Of a stretch of 50,025 nt of DNA, positions 28,621-38,232 are shown piece by piece. This stretch comes from an uncultured virus (IMG/VR IMGVR_UViG_3300031565_000002) (Duplodnaviria > Heunggongvirae > Uroviricota > Caudoviricetes). Position 1 is the stretch's first letter, and every line of letters starts with the position of its first letter. Location: the IMG/VR virus record IMGVR_UViG_3300031565_000002. One strand, given 5' to 3'. Position numbers and translations under genes: made by a program. The notes beneath the pieces were generated by a model. That model did not search any database and was not told where the DNA came from. It was given only the letters and a program-made list of their open reading frames with translations.

Positions 28621-28797
28621 TTAAAATACGTCAGTATTTTCATCGAAAATCTCTTCTTCATTAAAATTATCACGCATAAGGTCTATAAAATCTTCTGGAT
28701 TTTGGATGTGCATATGTTCATCATCATACATGCCTTCTTGATACATTTTGTCCCCATTTTCATCATATGATTCGAAAAGCCATTCGTTGTCTCTCAT
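28621..28797 (-). CDS. Small highly acidic protein (58 aa)
   Basis: Manual read after AAGGAG RBS: MRDNEWLFESYDENGDKMYQEGMYDDEHMHIQNPEDFIDLMRDNFNEEEIFDENTDVF. Confidence 0.7.
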   Translation of the reverse strand: MRDNEWLFESYDENGDKMYQEGMYDDEHMHIQNPEDFIDLMRDNFNEEEIFDENTDVF

Positions 28798-28806
28798 TTT
28801 ATCTCC

Positions 28807-29394
28807 TTAAAAAAGTTTGATAAAACGATAATACCATTTATCCTTATCTTGATAAAGTCCCATAGCCTTCAATCTGTCTATGGCGGGGTTACTCTTCGGA
28901 CTTAGTTTTACATTTATTTTTTTCGAATCATCTATCGTTATTAATTTTTCTCTCATTCCCCTTTTTATAAATAATTTTTGAATAAGCCAAGTAAAAGGCA
29001 TTAATCCCACATAATGTATCTTCTTATTAAGAGCACCCACAAAGCCCGTAATGACATAATATCTTCCACCTTCTCCTACTCCCCATTGCTCATAATACTC
29101 AATAACAGCACCCCTAAAAGAGCATACATCACCTTTTATGCTATACTTTCCTGTATCGTAGGAATTAACTGTTTCTTCGCATATATTTAATATTTCATCC
29201 CCTATTTTTTTTTCTTCCTGAACCTTATCATGATTTAATATTTTTCTGTAAAAATAGAGCAATACTTTTTCTTTAGCATCCTGTCTGTTCATTTTAAACC
29301 TGTACATAACAGAATACTGATGTTCATTGCTGTCTTTACCAACAATGACATGTTTAGATCTAGAACGATAATCGTCAAAAGTAATATTAATCAT
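28807..29394 (-). CDS. Hypothetical protein with near-C-terminal tag
   Basis: NPAIDRLKAMGLY. Confidence 0.75.
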   Translation of the reverse strand: MINITFDDYRSRSKHVIVGKDSNEHQYSVMYRFKMNRQDAKEKVLLYFYRKILNHDKVQEEKKIGDEILNICEETVNSYDTGKYSIKGDVCSFRGAVIEYYEQWGVGEGGRYYVITGFVGALNKKIHYVGLMPFTWLIQKLFIKRGMREKLITIDDSKKINVKLSPKSNPAIDRLKAMGLYQDKDKWYYRFIKLF

Positions 29395-29395
29395 A

Positions 29396-29434
29396 ATAAA
29401 AAAATACGGCCACCTATAAAAAGCGACCGCATTT
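29396..29434 (-). terminator. Intrinsic terminator
   Basis: AAATGCGGTCGCTT...AGGTGGCCGTATTT with G-U pairs on the minus strand, then a U-run. Confidence 0.7.
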
Positions 29435-29459
29435 CACTGATCCCTATTTTAAAGGTCAA

Positions 29460-30257
29460 TTAATCGTCGCCACTATCTCCACTACTATCTCCACCACTAT
29501 CTCCACCACTATCATAATCATTACTTGATGTAGTATCTGGTTCGTATGTGCTTCCTCTTCCGATATTACTTCTGTCAGGTTCAGGCTCATACGTATTTTG
29601 ATCCTGAAAAGTTTCCTGGATTTCAGTAATTTCAACCGGTTCTAATTCCGGTGTCTGATATTCATCGGAAGTCAAAAAATTTTCATCTGCTCCAATACAT
29701 TCACCGACAAAATCAAAATCCAGGACCCCATCAGTTATGAAATCGAGAAGCAAGAACAGGTAAATAGGATCAATAAAATCATCATAATCTTCAAAATATT
29801 CCGGCGCAATATTGATTCCTCTACGGGCAGATTTATTCTTCAAGAAACCATGTAGAACACGTGCATCGCTCTGTAGTCCCTGGGAAAGAAAAATACCAAT
29901 ATCTTCGTCATCGTATGCTTCGTCAATAAGGATTGCTTTCCGGACATAAAAATCCGTAACACTAATCCCTAACTCTTCTTTTACGATATTAGATACAACT
30001 TCCTGAACCCTTCCTTTGAGTGCCTGCCTATTTAACCCTTCTCCCTTTAACTCTCCAACAGCACGAGATATTTTTCGCATAGTACTTTCAATAGATTCCC
30101 TTTCATCCATCAAAAGAACCACACCCTTTTCCTTTAGGAGTCTTAGCGTGCCCTTCCAATCAAAGCCACCGATCCCACCAACTTTGTTTACTTCCAACAG
30201 CCTTAAAAGTTGCAGGAGGGTATGATTGCATCTTTCCGTACTTGATAATTCCTTCAC
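29460..30257 (-). CDS. Hypothetical protein with acidic SGGD-repeat tail
   Basis: C-terminal DSGGDSGGDSSGDSGDD from a 12-bp tandem repeat near 29467-29515. Confidence 0.8.
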   Translation of the reverse strand: MKELSSTERCNHTLLQLLRLLEVNKVGGIGGFDWKGTLRLLKEKGVVLLMDERESIESTMRKISRAVGELKGEGLNRQALKGRVQEVVSNIVKEELGISVTDFYVRKAILIDEAYDDEDIGIFLSQGLQSDARVLHGFLKNKSARRGINIAPEYFEDYDDFIDPIYLFLLLDFITDGVLDFDFVGECIGADENFLTSDEYQTPELEPVEITEIQETFQDQNTYEPEPDRSNIGRGSTYEPDTTSSNDYDSGGDSGGDSSGDSGDD

Positions 30258-30290
30258 GGGTATCCCCTTTGTGAAACGTTAATAATAGTG

Positions 30291-30515
30291 TTACATCAAC
30301 ACCTTAATCAATACAATAGAAGCAAATAAAAAGCCAAAAAATGCAATCACAGCGCCCAATGTATTAGATTGCAGTATCCTTATAACTTTACTTTTAGGTT
30401 TATATGTAATAACAACATCATCATTTTCTTTACGGGAACTAATAATTTCGTCAGTACGAATATTATTAAGCTGCTCTACGCTCACTTCCTTTACCCTTAT
30501 TTCTTGCTCACTCAT
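30291..30515 (-). CDS. Small tail-anchored membrane protein
   Basis: C-terminal TM. Confidence 0.65.
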   Translation of the reverse strand: MSEQEIRVKEVSVEQLNNIRTDEIISSRKENDDVVITYKPKSKVIRILQSNTLGAVIAFFGFLFASIVLIKVLM

Positions 30516-30879
30516 TGACTGCAGCCAATCTTTTCTGAACTCCCTTTTTCATAAATTTATAACCTGGCGTTTTTCCAAAAATTGGCAATATTATTTCTTT
30601 ATCAGGAGGCCCAAAAAAACATCTTTCACACTCCCTTGAACACCATTTATTTAATTTAGGTTCATTACTACGAGGTTTACCAACACCACCTTCATAAGTA
30701 TCTGGTCGTGGAGCTACAATAAATTCATCGTCAGCAATAAATTCAAAATCATCTTCATTCACTGTTTCACCAGCAAGATATCTTTTTGGTCTATCATGGT
30801 AACCCCATGCCTTATCACATCTCTCATCGCATGCAATTACGGCAGGTTGACCAAAGTAGATTATATCTTTCTTAATCAT
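30508..30879 (-). CDS. Cys-containing hypothetical protein with C-terminal tag
   Basis: CDERCDKAWG...TYEGG...NKWCSRECERC; ends GVQKRLAAVNE. Confidence 0.75.
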   Translation of the reverse strand: MIKKDIIYFGQPAVIACDERCDKAWGYHDRPKRYLAGETVNEDDFEFIADDEFIVAPRPDTYEGGVGKPRSNEPKLNKWCSRECERCFFGPPDKEIILPIFGKTPGYKFMKKGVQKRLAAVNE

Positions 30880-31028
30880 CTTTGAACTGCCCCGGGGTCT
30901 TGCTCTTTTCTTTGGTGATTATCATAATCGTTAAATCTCCACTCTTCATTAAAATAAATATCCCCTTCTTCAGACTCCTTATTTAAGAATCCAAAATGAC
31001 ATTTTCTATATGCGTTTAATCTTTTCAT
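30876..31028 (-). CDS. Small hypothetical protein (50 aa)
   Basis: Manual read MKRLNAYRKCHFGFLNKE...; ATGA overlap with the next gene. Confidence 0.5.
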   Translation of the reverse strand: MKRLNAYRKCHFGFLNKESEEGDIYFNEEWRFNDYDNHQRKEQDPGAVQR

Positions 31029-31031
31029 ACG

Positions 31032-31244
31032 TTAAACTTCACATCCGACTGCAGCCAGTCTTTTTTCTATATGATTAAGTTCCCGGGGAACTTCTATTAT
31101 ATCAAAATGTCTAGGAAGCATATTTTTACAATTAAAGTCTGCCGTACTAGTGCTTTTAAAATCGCTATTATGGCTATGACATACAACGTGCCCATTACCA
31201 TGATCTTCCATATAAACACACATTTTACATTTTGTTATTATCAT
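31032..31244 (-). CDS. Small Cys-rich protein with C-terminal tag
   Basis: CKMC...C...C; ends HIEKRLAAVGCEV. Confidence 0.7.
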   Translation of the reverse strand: MIITKCKMCVYMEDHGNGHVVCHSHNSDFKSTSTADFNCKNMLPRHFDIIEVPRELNHIEKRLAAVGCEV

Positions 31245-31246
31245 AA

Positions 31247-31693
31247 TTAAAAATTAGGCGATCCATAATTAGGATTACGTAACATTTCTCTCATCGGGTG
31301 TCCAATACCATGTGAAGCATCTATGGTTATTCTTTCAGGATCATTTGACTGCATCCCTCGTAAAATCCTACAGATCTCTTGTGCTGTAGCATTGTCTGGA
31401 AGTTGATAAAACTGTACAAATCCCATATCATTCCTTCCTCTATAACAAACAACAGCCCACCCACCCCCTCGCATATGGACATCAGCACCAACAAGAACTG
31501 AATCTTTTATCTGTTTGTGCTCTGCTGCATATACTGTAAGCATACGTTTCATTGTATCCATAGATTCTTTAATATGCTTATCCTGCTCTATCTGCTTCTG
31601 TCTAATTGTTGCATAAACAACATCTACTTTTAAAAGTTTAGCAACAAAACGTCTGATTCGCTTTGTTAGCCATGATTCTTTTTTCTTCCCCAT
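31247..31693 (-). CDS. Hypothetical phage protein
   Basis: GADVH..GGGWAVVC...ID. Confidence 0.75.
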   Translation of the reverse strand: MGKKKESWLTKRIRRFVAKLLKVDVVYATIRQKQIEQDKHIKESMDTMKRMLTVYAAEHKQIKDSVLVGADVHMRGGGWAVVCYRGRNDMGFVQFYQLPDNATAQEICRILRGMQSNDPERITIDASHGIGHPMREMLRNPNYGSPNF

Positions 31694-31694
31694 T

Positions 31695-32171
31695 TTACCC
31701 TAATCTTTTATATATCTGAACCGTCTCTACTTCATACCCATGTCTTTTATACATTGATTTAGCTAATTTGTTTTCATTTAATACAAATAATGTACAATCT
31801 TCAGCACCCTTCATGTGAAGAAATTTTTCAATATGATCCAGTAATTTTTTAGCAATATGATTCTTACGAAATTCTTTTCTAACATATAAGTTTTCTATAT
31901 ACCCGATCACCCTATGTTGATGATACGGTGGTTTGGTCATTAATCCACCAATGGCAAATCCTGCCGGTTTTTCATCTATATATGCTATTGCAACTCTGTT
32001 TTCAGCCCTTGAGAATATTTTTTCAAAGAAATCACGAATATTTGGCTCCAAATTACCGGGATCGGTAAGATTAAAATATTTACCAATAGAACTCTCAATT
32101 TCTATCAATTCTTTAAACATTTGTAGAAGATCATCATGTAAATCTTTAGCCACAACTATTGAAACATTCAT
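31695..32171 (-). CDS. GNAT family N-acetyltransferase
   Basis: IENLYVRKEFRKNHIAKKLL...N..AKSMYKRHGY. Confidence 0.9.
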   Translation of the reverse strand: MNVSIVVAKDLHDDLLQMFKELIEIESSIGKYFNLTDPGNLEPNIRDFFEKIFSRAENRVAIAYIDEKPAGFAIGGLMTKPPYHQHRVIGYIENLYVRKEFRKNHIAKKLLDHIEKFLHMKGAEDCTLFVLNENKLAKSMYKRHGYEVETVQIYKRLG

Positions 32172-32173
32172 AA

Positions 32174-34378
32174 TTAAACCTTTACACTTCCGATTGGTTT
32201 TAACTTCATTTTAATGTCAATAAGATCGCCTTGTGCTCTTATAACTTGTTCGATATCCTTATAGGCTGCAGGGGCCTCACTAAAATCAGGTCTGCCCTTT
32301 CTATCCTTTGACCACCCCAGATGCTCTACTCCCTCCATTGATTTTTCGGCTTTCTCAAGGCTATACTGCCTATTAAATGCCATTCTACCCATAGTCCTAC
32401 CCGCACCATGAGAAGCAGACTCAAACGACTCCTTGTTGCCCTTTCCTTCGACAATATAAGAAGCTGTACCCATAGAGCCAGGTATTATGCCTGTAACGCC
32501 CTCTGACATGCATATAGCCCCTTTACGGTGTACCCACACGTCTTTACCGTAATGACTCTCTAATGCTGCATAATTATGGTGAATATTAACCTCAGAAAGA
32601 AGATTTACACTCCCAATACTCCCAACATGCTTCCGAATCAGGTTAAATACAACATTTTTAATTTTCTCCATCATTACACGGCGATTTTCTTTGGCAAAAT
32701 CCAACGCAAAGTTCATTGCCCGAATGTATTGTTTCCCAAATTGAGAATTTACATCAAAGTGCGCAAGACCTTCATCTCCACGATATTCAAATCCACCCAA
32801 CGCCTGAGCAAAAGTATTGAAATGTTTTGCTATCTTATATCCAAAATTCCTAGAACCACTATGAAGCATTATGCAAAGATTATTGACATTACCATTAACA
32901 GCATCAAGTCTATTATGTATATCATTGCCAGATAATTTTGACTGTAATTCAATGAAATGATTTCCTCCACCAAGAGTCCCTATCTGAAATCTTGCCTTCT
33001 CCAATTCATCTGCAATAACCTCTATATCCATAATATCATGGGTGGGATTATCCAACAATAAGCACTCCTGAGGCTTCTTATGGTGGGCAAACCCAACAGG
33101 AACTACTTTTTTGATTGTTTTGAGAATAGTCTTTATCAGACTTTCGCCATGAACCTGAACATTCCTCAATTGTTCAACCGGAACATCTGTTTCGATAAAT
33201 CCCATCCCACAATTACCAGTAATGCAAATACACCCATTACGTCTCATTATCCAATAACCAGTTGTTGTTGTAAAACAATACTTCATTTTATCAACAGATT
33301 TATATATAGTTATATTCCTATCTTTATTTATACCTGCTATACCAACTGATTGATTATCAGATATTATTAATCTATATCCTTCTTTATTTACCCTACTATC
33401 TTTATTTATAGTTGAACGTTTACCATTTATAGCAAAAGCATACTGAACAAAATCAATATCACTTTTATATTTTGAAAAATAAACAGTCCCATCCATCCAC
33501 CCATCCCAATGAAGAACTTCATCACAAATAATATTTATTTGAGATTTACTAGCTCCCCAAAAATATGATATTCTCTTTTCTGTTGATGAATTATGGAAAT
33601 AAATAGTAGTAATCCCATTATTATCTTCATTTAAAGAATATGAAATATTAGCTTTTTTAAGCAATTCTTGAGATCGTAATATTTTCCTTTTTTTCTTAAA
33701 TCTTAACCTGCAATATTTTGTGTTTTTATTAACTGTATATCCATCTGCCATTAACATTATTTGCACTCTTATTTCATCGTCTGACATTTTAATCTCTGTA
33801 TTAAGATTAATAGACGGAATAATAGCAATAAATTTATCTCTTTCTCCTAATTTTAAAGTTTCATTCCTTTTATAAAAATCTTTCATACTAATAGTGTATA
33901 ATTCTCCACGTCTTTTTTCCCTATGGTGACTCCCTTTTTGTAATAACATTTTATGGTTTTCACATAAAACTTGATCAACACCATATTTAGATAAAATATG
34001 ATAAAACATATCACAAGGAAGTTTTATATAATTTAAAGGAATCTCAAAAAAACTGGTATAATTATCTTTATCAAATACTAGTATTTCTTCATTCTTATAA
34101 TCACTTATTTTTACCCATCCATTATGAGTTAAATATTCTGTATCTTTATCTGTACATCCGATATCAACCCCGACAGCGTTAGGGATAATAACATCTTTAC
34201 ATGCAATTACTCCACCGATAGGCATACCCATACCTTGATGGCAATCCGGCATTAAAGCAACATGATCTACTACAAAATCAAGATTAGCAAGATTCTCTGC
34301 CTGTGCCAGCGCTCCATCTTCAAGTCCTATTGCCCAGTTCGCTATAGGAACTTTTGTATTATTATTAATCCATTCCAT
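32174..34378 (-). CDS. rtcB: RtcB RNA ligase containing an intein
   Basis: MPDCHQG, GVDIG|CG, GTLGGGNHFIE, HSGSR, HHNY, VHRKGA, PGSMG, SHGAGR, EAPAAYK. Confidence 0.96.
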   Translation of the reverse strand: MEWINNNTKVPIANWAIGLEDGALAQAENLANLDFVVDHVALMPDCHQGMGMPIGGVIACKDVIIPNAVGVDIGCTDKDTEYLTHNGWVKISDYKNEEILVFDKDNYTSFFEIPLNYIKLPCDMFYHILSKYGVDQVLCENHKMLLQKGSHHREKRRGELYTISMKDFYKRNETLKLGERDKFIAIIPSINLNTEIKMSDDEIRVQIMLMADGYTVNKNTKYCRLRFKKKRKILRSQELLKKANISYSLNEDNNGITTIYFHNSSTEKRISYFWGASKSQINIICDEVLHWDGWMDGTVYFSKYKSDIDFVQYAFAINGKRSTINKDSRVNKEGYRLIISDNQSVGIAGINKDRNITIYKSVDKMKYCFTTTTGYWIMRRNGCICITGNCGMGFIETDVPVEQLRNVQVHGESLIKTILKTIKKVVPVGFAHHKKPQECLLLDNPTHDIMDIEVIADELEKARFQIGTLGGGNHFIELQSKLSGNDIHNRLDAVNGNVNNLCIMLHSGSRNFGYKIAKHFNTFAQALGGFEYRGDEGLAHFDVNSQFGKQYIRAMNFALDFAKENRRVMMEKIKNVVFNLIRKHVGSIGSVNLLSEVNIHHNYAALESHYGKDVWVHRKGAICMSEGVTGIIPGSMGTASYIVEGKGNKESFESASHGAGRTMGRMAFNRQYSLEKAEKSMEGVEHLGWSKDRKGRPDFSEAPAAYKDIEQVIRAQGDLIDIKMKLKPIGSVKV
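33212..34156 (-). mobile_element. Intein (315 aa) with degenerate LAGLIDADG domain in RtcB
   Basis: CTDKDTEYLT...ENH...LMADG...LHWDG...CITGN, +1 Cys is the RtcB metal-ligand Cys; more AT-rich than the flanks. Confidence 0.92.
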
Positions 34379-34380
34379 AA

Positions 34381-34527
34381 TTATTCTTTCACTTCTGCTT
34401 TATCAGCAACCATTGGCATATAACATTTCGGACACATTGGAGTATCATCCGGCTTTACTTCTCCTGCCCCAATTTCTTTTTCTTCTCCGCAAACAACACA
34501 TTTCGCTACAACTACAATCTTGCCCAT
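34381..34527 (-). CDS. Small zinc-ribbon protein (48 aa)
   Basis: Manual read MGKIVVVAKCVVCGEEKE...PMCPKCYMPM. Confidence 0.7.
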   Translation of the reverse strand: MGKIVVVAKCVVCGEEKEIGAGEVKPDDTPMCPKCYMPMVADKAEVKE

Positions 34528-34528
34528 T

Positions 34529-34684
34529 TTATCCCACCATTTTTGAACATAAAAGTATTGTAAAAATTATCATAATTATAGAGATAGCAATAAAGGCAAT
34601 GAACGGAGAAATAAGAAATATAAACGGTATATTATTCTGTTCTGCATATTCAACTAATTCCTCTGCCATCTCAAGTGTTAACAT
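34529..34684 (-). CDS. Small single-TM membrane protein (51 aa)
   Basis: Manual read after AAGGAG; long hydrophobic stretch. Confidence 0.55.
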   Translation of the reverse strand: MLTLEMAEELVEYAEQNNIPFIFLISPFIAFIAISIIMIIFTILLCSKMVG

Positions 34685-34974
34685 CGTTGCGATCTCCTTA
34701 CTAATACAGCATCTTCTTCTACTGATTTGGGGGGTATTTTAATCTTTCCCTTTCCCCCTTTTGATCTCCATTCTTTCATATACTTTTTTAAATGAAGTTT
34801 AACTCCGACCAATTTACTCTCCGCCTTTTCAACTTTATCAAAAAAATTTTCTCTTACTTTTCGTGGATAACTTTTCATAATAGACATTTTTTTGAGTACA
34901 GGAATTTTAGATTCAAGTTCCTTATCCTGCCTCATTAAATCTATAATCTTATTTTTTAAAACTTCAATATCCAT
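34678..34974 (-). CDS. Basic hypothetical protein
   Basis: In the run. Confidence 0.65.
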   Translation of the reverse strand: MDIEVLKNKIIDLMRQDKELESKIPVLKKMSIMKSYPRKVRENFFDKVEKAESKLVGVKLHLKKYMKEWRSKGGKGKIKIPPKSVEEDAVLVRRSQRC

Positions 34975-34984
34975 AATTCACTCA

Positions 34985-36250
34985 TTAATACAATCTATGA
35001 AAATAATTATTATGATCATTTTTTAAATCTCGCTGAATTTCAGCTTTGAGGCTATTGTCATAACCTTCATCTTCACACATACCTTTACCTGCACTATCAG
35101 CAATCTTTGAAACCGGCCTACCCATGCACTCAATAATTTTCATGACAACCTGCATCGGTATAATTCCAACATCGTTAGTAAAATGTGTTCCGATACCATG
35201 TGAAACTAATATACGATTTAAAAAATAATCACATAACTTAAATGCTATTTCGAAAGTAAGCCCATCACTAAAAACGGCTGTTTTTGTCATGGGATCAATT
35301 TGAAAACCCTGATAATGATCAATAAGTCTGTCCCCCCATTTAAAAGGGTCTGCAGAATCATGCCTACAACCAGCGAATAGCATTGCAAAATACTTATCAA
35401 AATCTTTCAGGAATTTATCAAATCCCATTGTATCAGTTAACGCTATCCCCAGTTCCCCAGGATATTCATTTGCCCATTTTTGCAATATGAACTTTTGGCA
35501 ATCTACCCAAAGTATAAATGCCTGTGCCATTTGCAATACTTCATGAGCTATTGTCCCGATAGAACTAATATCATATAATATTGACAACAAGACATTACTT
35601 GTTCCAACAAAAACATTTGATGGAAGCGCTTTAACTGTTGTTGCTATTACTTCTTCATGCCATATCCCAGATGCTCTTCTTCTCCCGCCAAAATCAGCAA
35701 AAGAAAAAGGTTTTCCAGTTGCAGTGTACTCCTGTACTTTCCTTAATTTTTCAGTCAGTCTTTCCCGACCCTCTTTGTAATCAAGATCAGGATATATATT
35801 CCTTGTGTAAATTTCTTCTACTATCTCAAGAACATAAATTTCAAATAACATAACGTGTACAAGTGGGCCTTTAGCTTCAATACGTAATTCTCCAGCATCA
35901 TCCACCCATGCTTTTATATAATCCCTATTTAACTGAAACATTCTCAGAAACTGGACAAAATCGACTGACATAAATCTGTTCTTACTAATACCGGCAAGTT
36001 CAAATTCAGTAAAACGCAACGAACATAACCAATCAAGTTCCTTGTTTATCTGATCTACAAACGATGATATACTAGGTATCCCTGTAGTACGATTCTTATA
36101 TTTATATTTTCCGTTTACCCAGGGAAATTGGTGCAATAAGAACTGTAACATCGTAAACTTGTAAAAGTCAATATCAGAAAGAAAATTAATTATATGACCA
36201 TTACTTCTATCAATTTTACTTTTGAATACCATAGTTAATTCTCCTACCAC
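34985..36250 (-). CDS. pncB: Nicotinate phosphoribosyltransferase
   Basis: DFYKFTM, FADFGGRRR, GTSNV, GTIAHE, ALTDT, RHDSAD, FSDGL, GIGT, SKIADSAGK. Confidence 0.93.
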   Translation of the reverse strand: MVGELTMVFKSKIDRSNGHIINFLSDIDFYKFTMLQFLLHQFPWVNGKYKYKNRTTGIPSISSFVDQINKELDWLCSLRFTEFELAGISKNRFMSVDFVQFLRMFQLNRDYIKAWVDDAGELRIEAKGPLVHVMLFEIYVLEIVEEIYTRNIYPDLDYKEGRERLTEKLRKVQEYTATGKPFSFADFGGRRRASGIWHEEVIATTVKALPSNVFVGTSNVLLSILYDISSIGTIAHEVLQMAQAFILWVDCQKFILQKWANEYPGELGIALTDTMGFDKFLKDFDKYFAMLFAGCRHDSADPFKWGDRLIDHYQGFQIDPMTKTAVFSDGLTFEIAFKLCDYFLNRILVSHGIGTHFTNDVGIIPMQVVMKIIECMGRPVSKIADSAGKGMCEDEGYDNSLKAEIQRDLKNDHNNYFHRLY

Positions 36251-37173
36251 AATAAATTCATCCCTTTTACAAGTGTGCTTCTTGAAATATTATAAGACCC
36301 TTTACGCTTATGGTGAGTCCGTTCATACAATTTAACTATTGTATGGTCTTTAATGGTTTCCCGATAATCCTTAAAAATTTCATACTTTAAAGACCGTCCT
36401 TCATAATTATATGCTTCGTCATAATAAAAAGAATCAATATCATCACAGAGCCACGTTTTTATTATCTTATCAACTTCTCTATAGGCAGCGATGTGATTAC
36501 TAAATTTATTTTCCCAACCAGGTAATATCTGATCGAGATCACTATTACTAATCCCTAACCCATCTGTTGGCATTCCTCTACCACAAGCCGTCAACGGATA
36601 CGAATTCCTATTCTGACTATCCATTCTATCAGCTAGGAAAGGAATGAAATCATATATTTCACTCTTCCACATACTTTGGATTGGCCCAAAATCACCGACA
36701 TCTCCATGTTTAGTATAAAAACCTAAAAAATATTCTGTAAGATTGTCGTTTGATAATACCATTCCACCACGTATACCCGATGCAAAATAATTCAAAATCA
36801 TACGTATTCTTGCTTTGATATTACCGTTGGCAATATTGATATCATGATCAGGCAAACTAAGTCCAATCTCTTCCCATATTCTATCTCTAAGCATCTTATA
36901 TTCATTGGTAAAATCCATTTCGTGAAATCCCGAACAATAATTTTGACCAACCAGTTGTGCTCTTTCTATTTCAGATGATTTATTTGACTCAATGGGAATA
37001 CTAATCCCAATCAATGGGATCCCCAGTTTTTGACAAACAGGCTGTACAAGTGCACAGGTTGTTGCACTATCAATACCTCCAGAAACACCAGTTACTAATG
37101 CCTGTATTTTATCTCGCTTGATATAACTGGTAATATCTTCTTCAATATTCTTTATTAATAATTCGTAATCCAT
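36244..37173 (-). CDS. nadE: NH3-dependent NAD synthetase
   Basis: GVSGGIDSA, GNIKARIRM, GFYTKHGD, PTDGL, D.DQ, HKR. Confidence 0.93.
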   Translation of the reverse strand: MDYELLIKNIEEDITSYIKRDKIQALVTGVSGGIDSATTCALVQPVCQKLGIPLIGISIPIESNKSSEIERAQLVGQNYCSGFHEMDFTNEYKMLRDRIWEEIGLSLPDHDINIANGNIKARIRMILNYFASGIRGGMVLSNDNLTEYFLGFYTKHGDVGDFGPIQSMWKSEIYDFIPFLADRMDSQNRNSYPLTACGRGMPTDGLGISNSDLDQILPGWENKFSNHIAAYREVDKIIKTWLCDDIDSFYYDEAYNYEGRSLKYEIFKDYRETIKDHTIVKLYERTHHKRKGSYNISRSTLVKGMNLLW

Positions 37174-37182
37174 AATTCTCCC

Positions 37183-37530
37183 TTATATAGGTTCCCATGC
37201 ATATTCAGGAGCATAACAGTCACACTCATGCATCCTTGTTGCACCACAAGTGTCACAAGAATACCCACCATCACTTATTCTCGCTATTTTCTTTTCGGTA
37301 ATCCGTCTTTTTATTTCCGGTACTGGAGTAGCACAATGAGGGCAAAACTTTATCTCAATATTACGGTAACCATTTAACTCTTCAGCCCAACCTGCACCCT
37401 TCCATTTAGGCTTATGGTCTTCCTGTCCGTCAGAATCATAAATAGCATCTGAATCAAAAAGAAGTGTTACAATTTGACTCTTCTGTATTTCTTCACAACA
37501 TTTAGGGGTGATAATTATATTTTTAGGCAT
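37183..37530 (-). CDS. Zinc-binding hypothetical protein
   Basis: CC...IKFCPHC...CDTC...CDC. Confidence 0.75.
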   Translation of the reverse strand: MPKNIIITPKCCEEIQKSQIVTLLFDSDAIYDSDGQEDHKPKWKGAGWAEELNGYRNIEIKFCPHCATPVPEIKRRITEKKIARISDGGYSCDTCGATRMHECDCYAPEYAWEPI

Positions 37531-38231
37531 TATTCGTAAACAACCATTTTTTCAAGTTCGGATGTATGTTCAATGATTATTGCCTTATTTCCATTTACCC
37601 CTTTCCTCATCTTATCAAGAGCAGCAAAAGTTGTATCTTGAGCAATTCCACGACAAGCAGCAAGGTTAAGGATAACAACAAAACCGGCATCAAGAAGTTC
37701 CATAACAGTCTGAAATACACAATAATCAGTAGCAAGACCACCGACAATAACAAGCCTAACACCTTTAGCCTGTAGCCACTCTATTGCACCGGTACTTAAT
37801 TTTTTATGTAAATCGTGATAACAAAGTCCATATGGATGCATATCTAACTCAATACCCTTCCATACGAAATAATCATATTCTATAACAGGAGGGAGGCCTT
37901 CAATAAGTTTGAATCCAAATGTCCCTGGGACTCCATGAACTTTCCATCGAATATCAAGGTTAGAATAACCTGCGATTTCAGAAAACTGCGGATGTTGATC
38001 GCTATCGACCCATAAAGATGCCATTGAATGAGCATCCTTTGACCCAATCCTGTACATCGCAAATTTTGCCTGCGCATTTAAATCAGCAACTATTAAATGC
38101 CCTTCTTCTACCGGCAATTCTCCAGCACATAATGGAGTAAAACAATTTTCAGAATCAACATCAACACTTGATATCTGTTCAAATAAAAATAAATTCAATG
38201 CTGTCTTAATACCCTTAATTTTTTTGCCCAT
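37530..38231 (-). CDS. pncA: Nicotinamidase
   Basis: DVDSENCF, ELPV, KDAH, H.V.GT.G, KG, GGLATDYCV. Confidence 0.92.
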   Translation of the reverse strand: MGKKIKGIKTALNLFLFEQISSVDVDSENCFTPLCAGELPVEEGHLIVADLNAQAKFAMYRIGSKDAHSMASLWVDSDQHPQFSEIAGYSNLDIRWKVHGVPGTFGFKLIEGLPPVIEYDYFVWKGIELDMHPYGLCYHDLHKKLSTGAIEWLQAKGVRLVIVGGLATDYCVFQTVMELLDAGFVVILNLAACRGIAQDTTFAALDKMRKGVNGNKAIIIEHTSELEKMVVYE

Positions 38232-38232
38232 C

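Noticed and set aside
29467..29515. 12-bp tandem repeat (also the 9-bp repeat near 11495-11521 and Ser codon repeats near 19835-19995)
   Set aside because: In-frame coding low-complexity repeats, not arrays or mobile elements.
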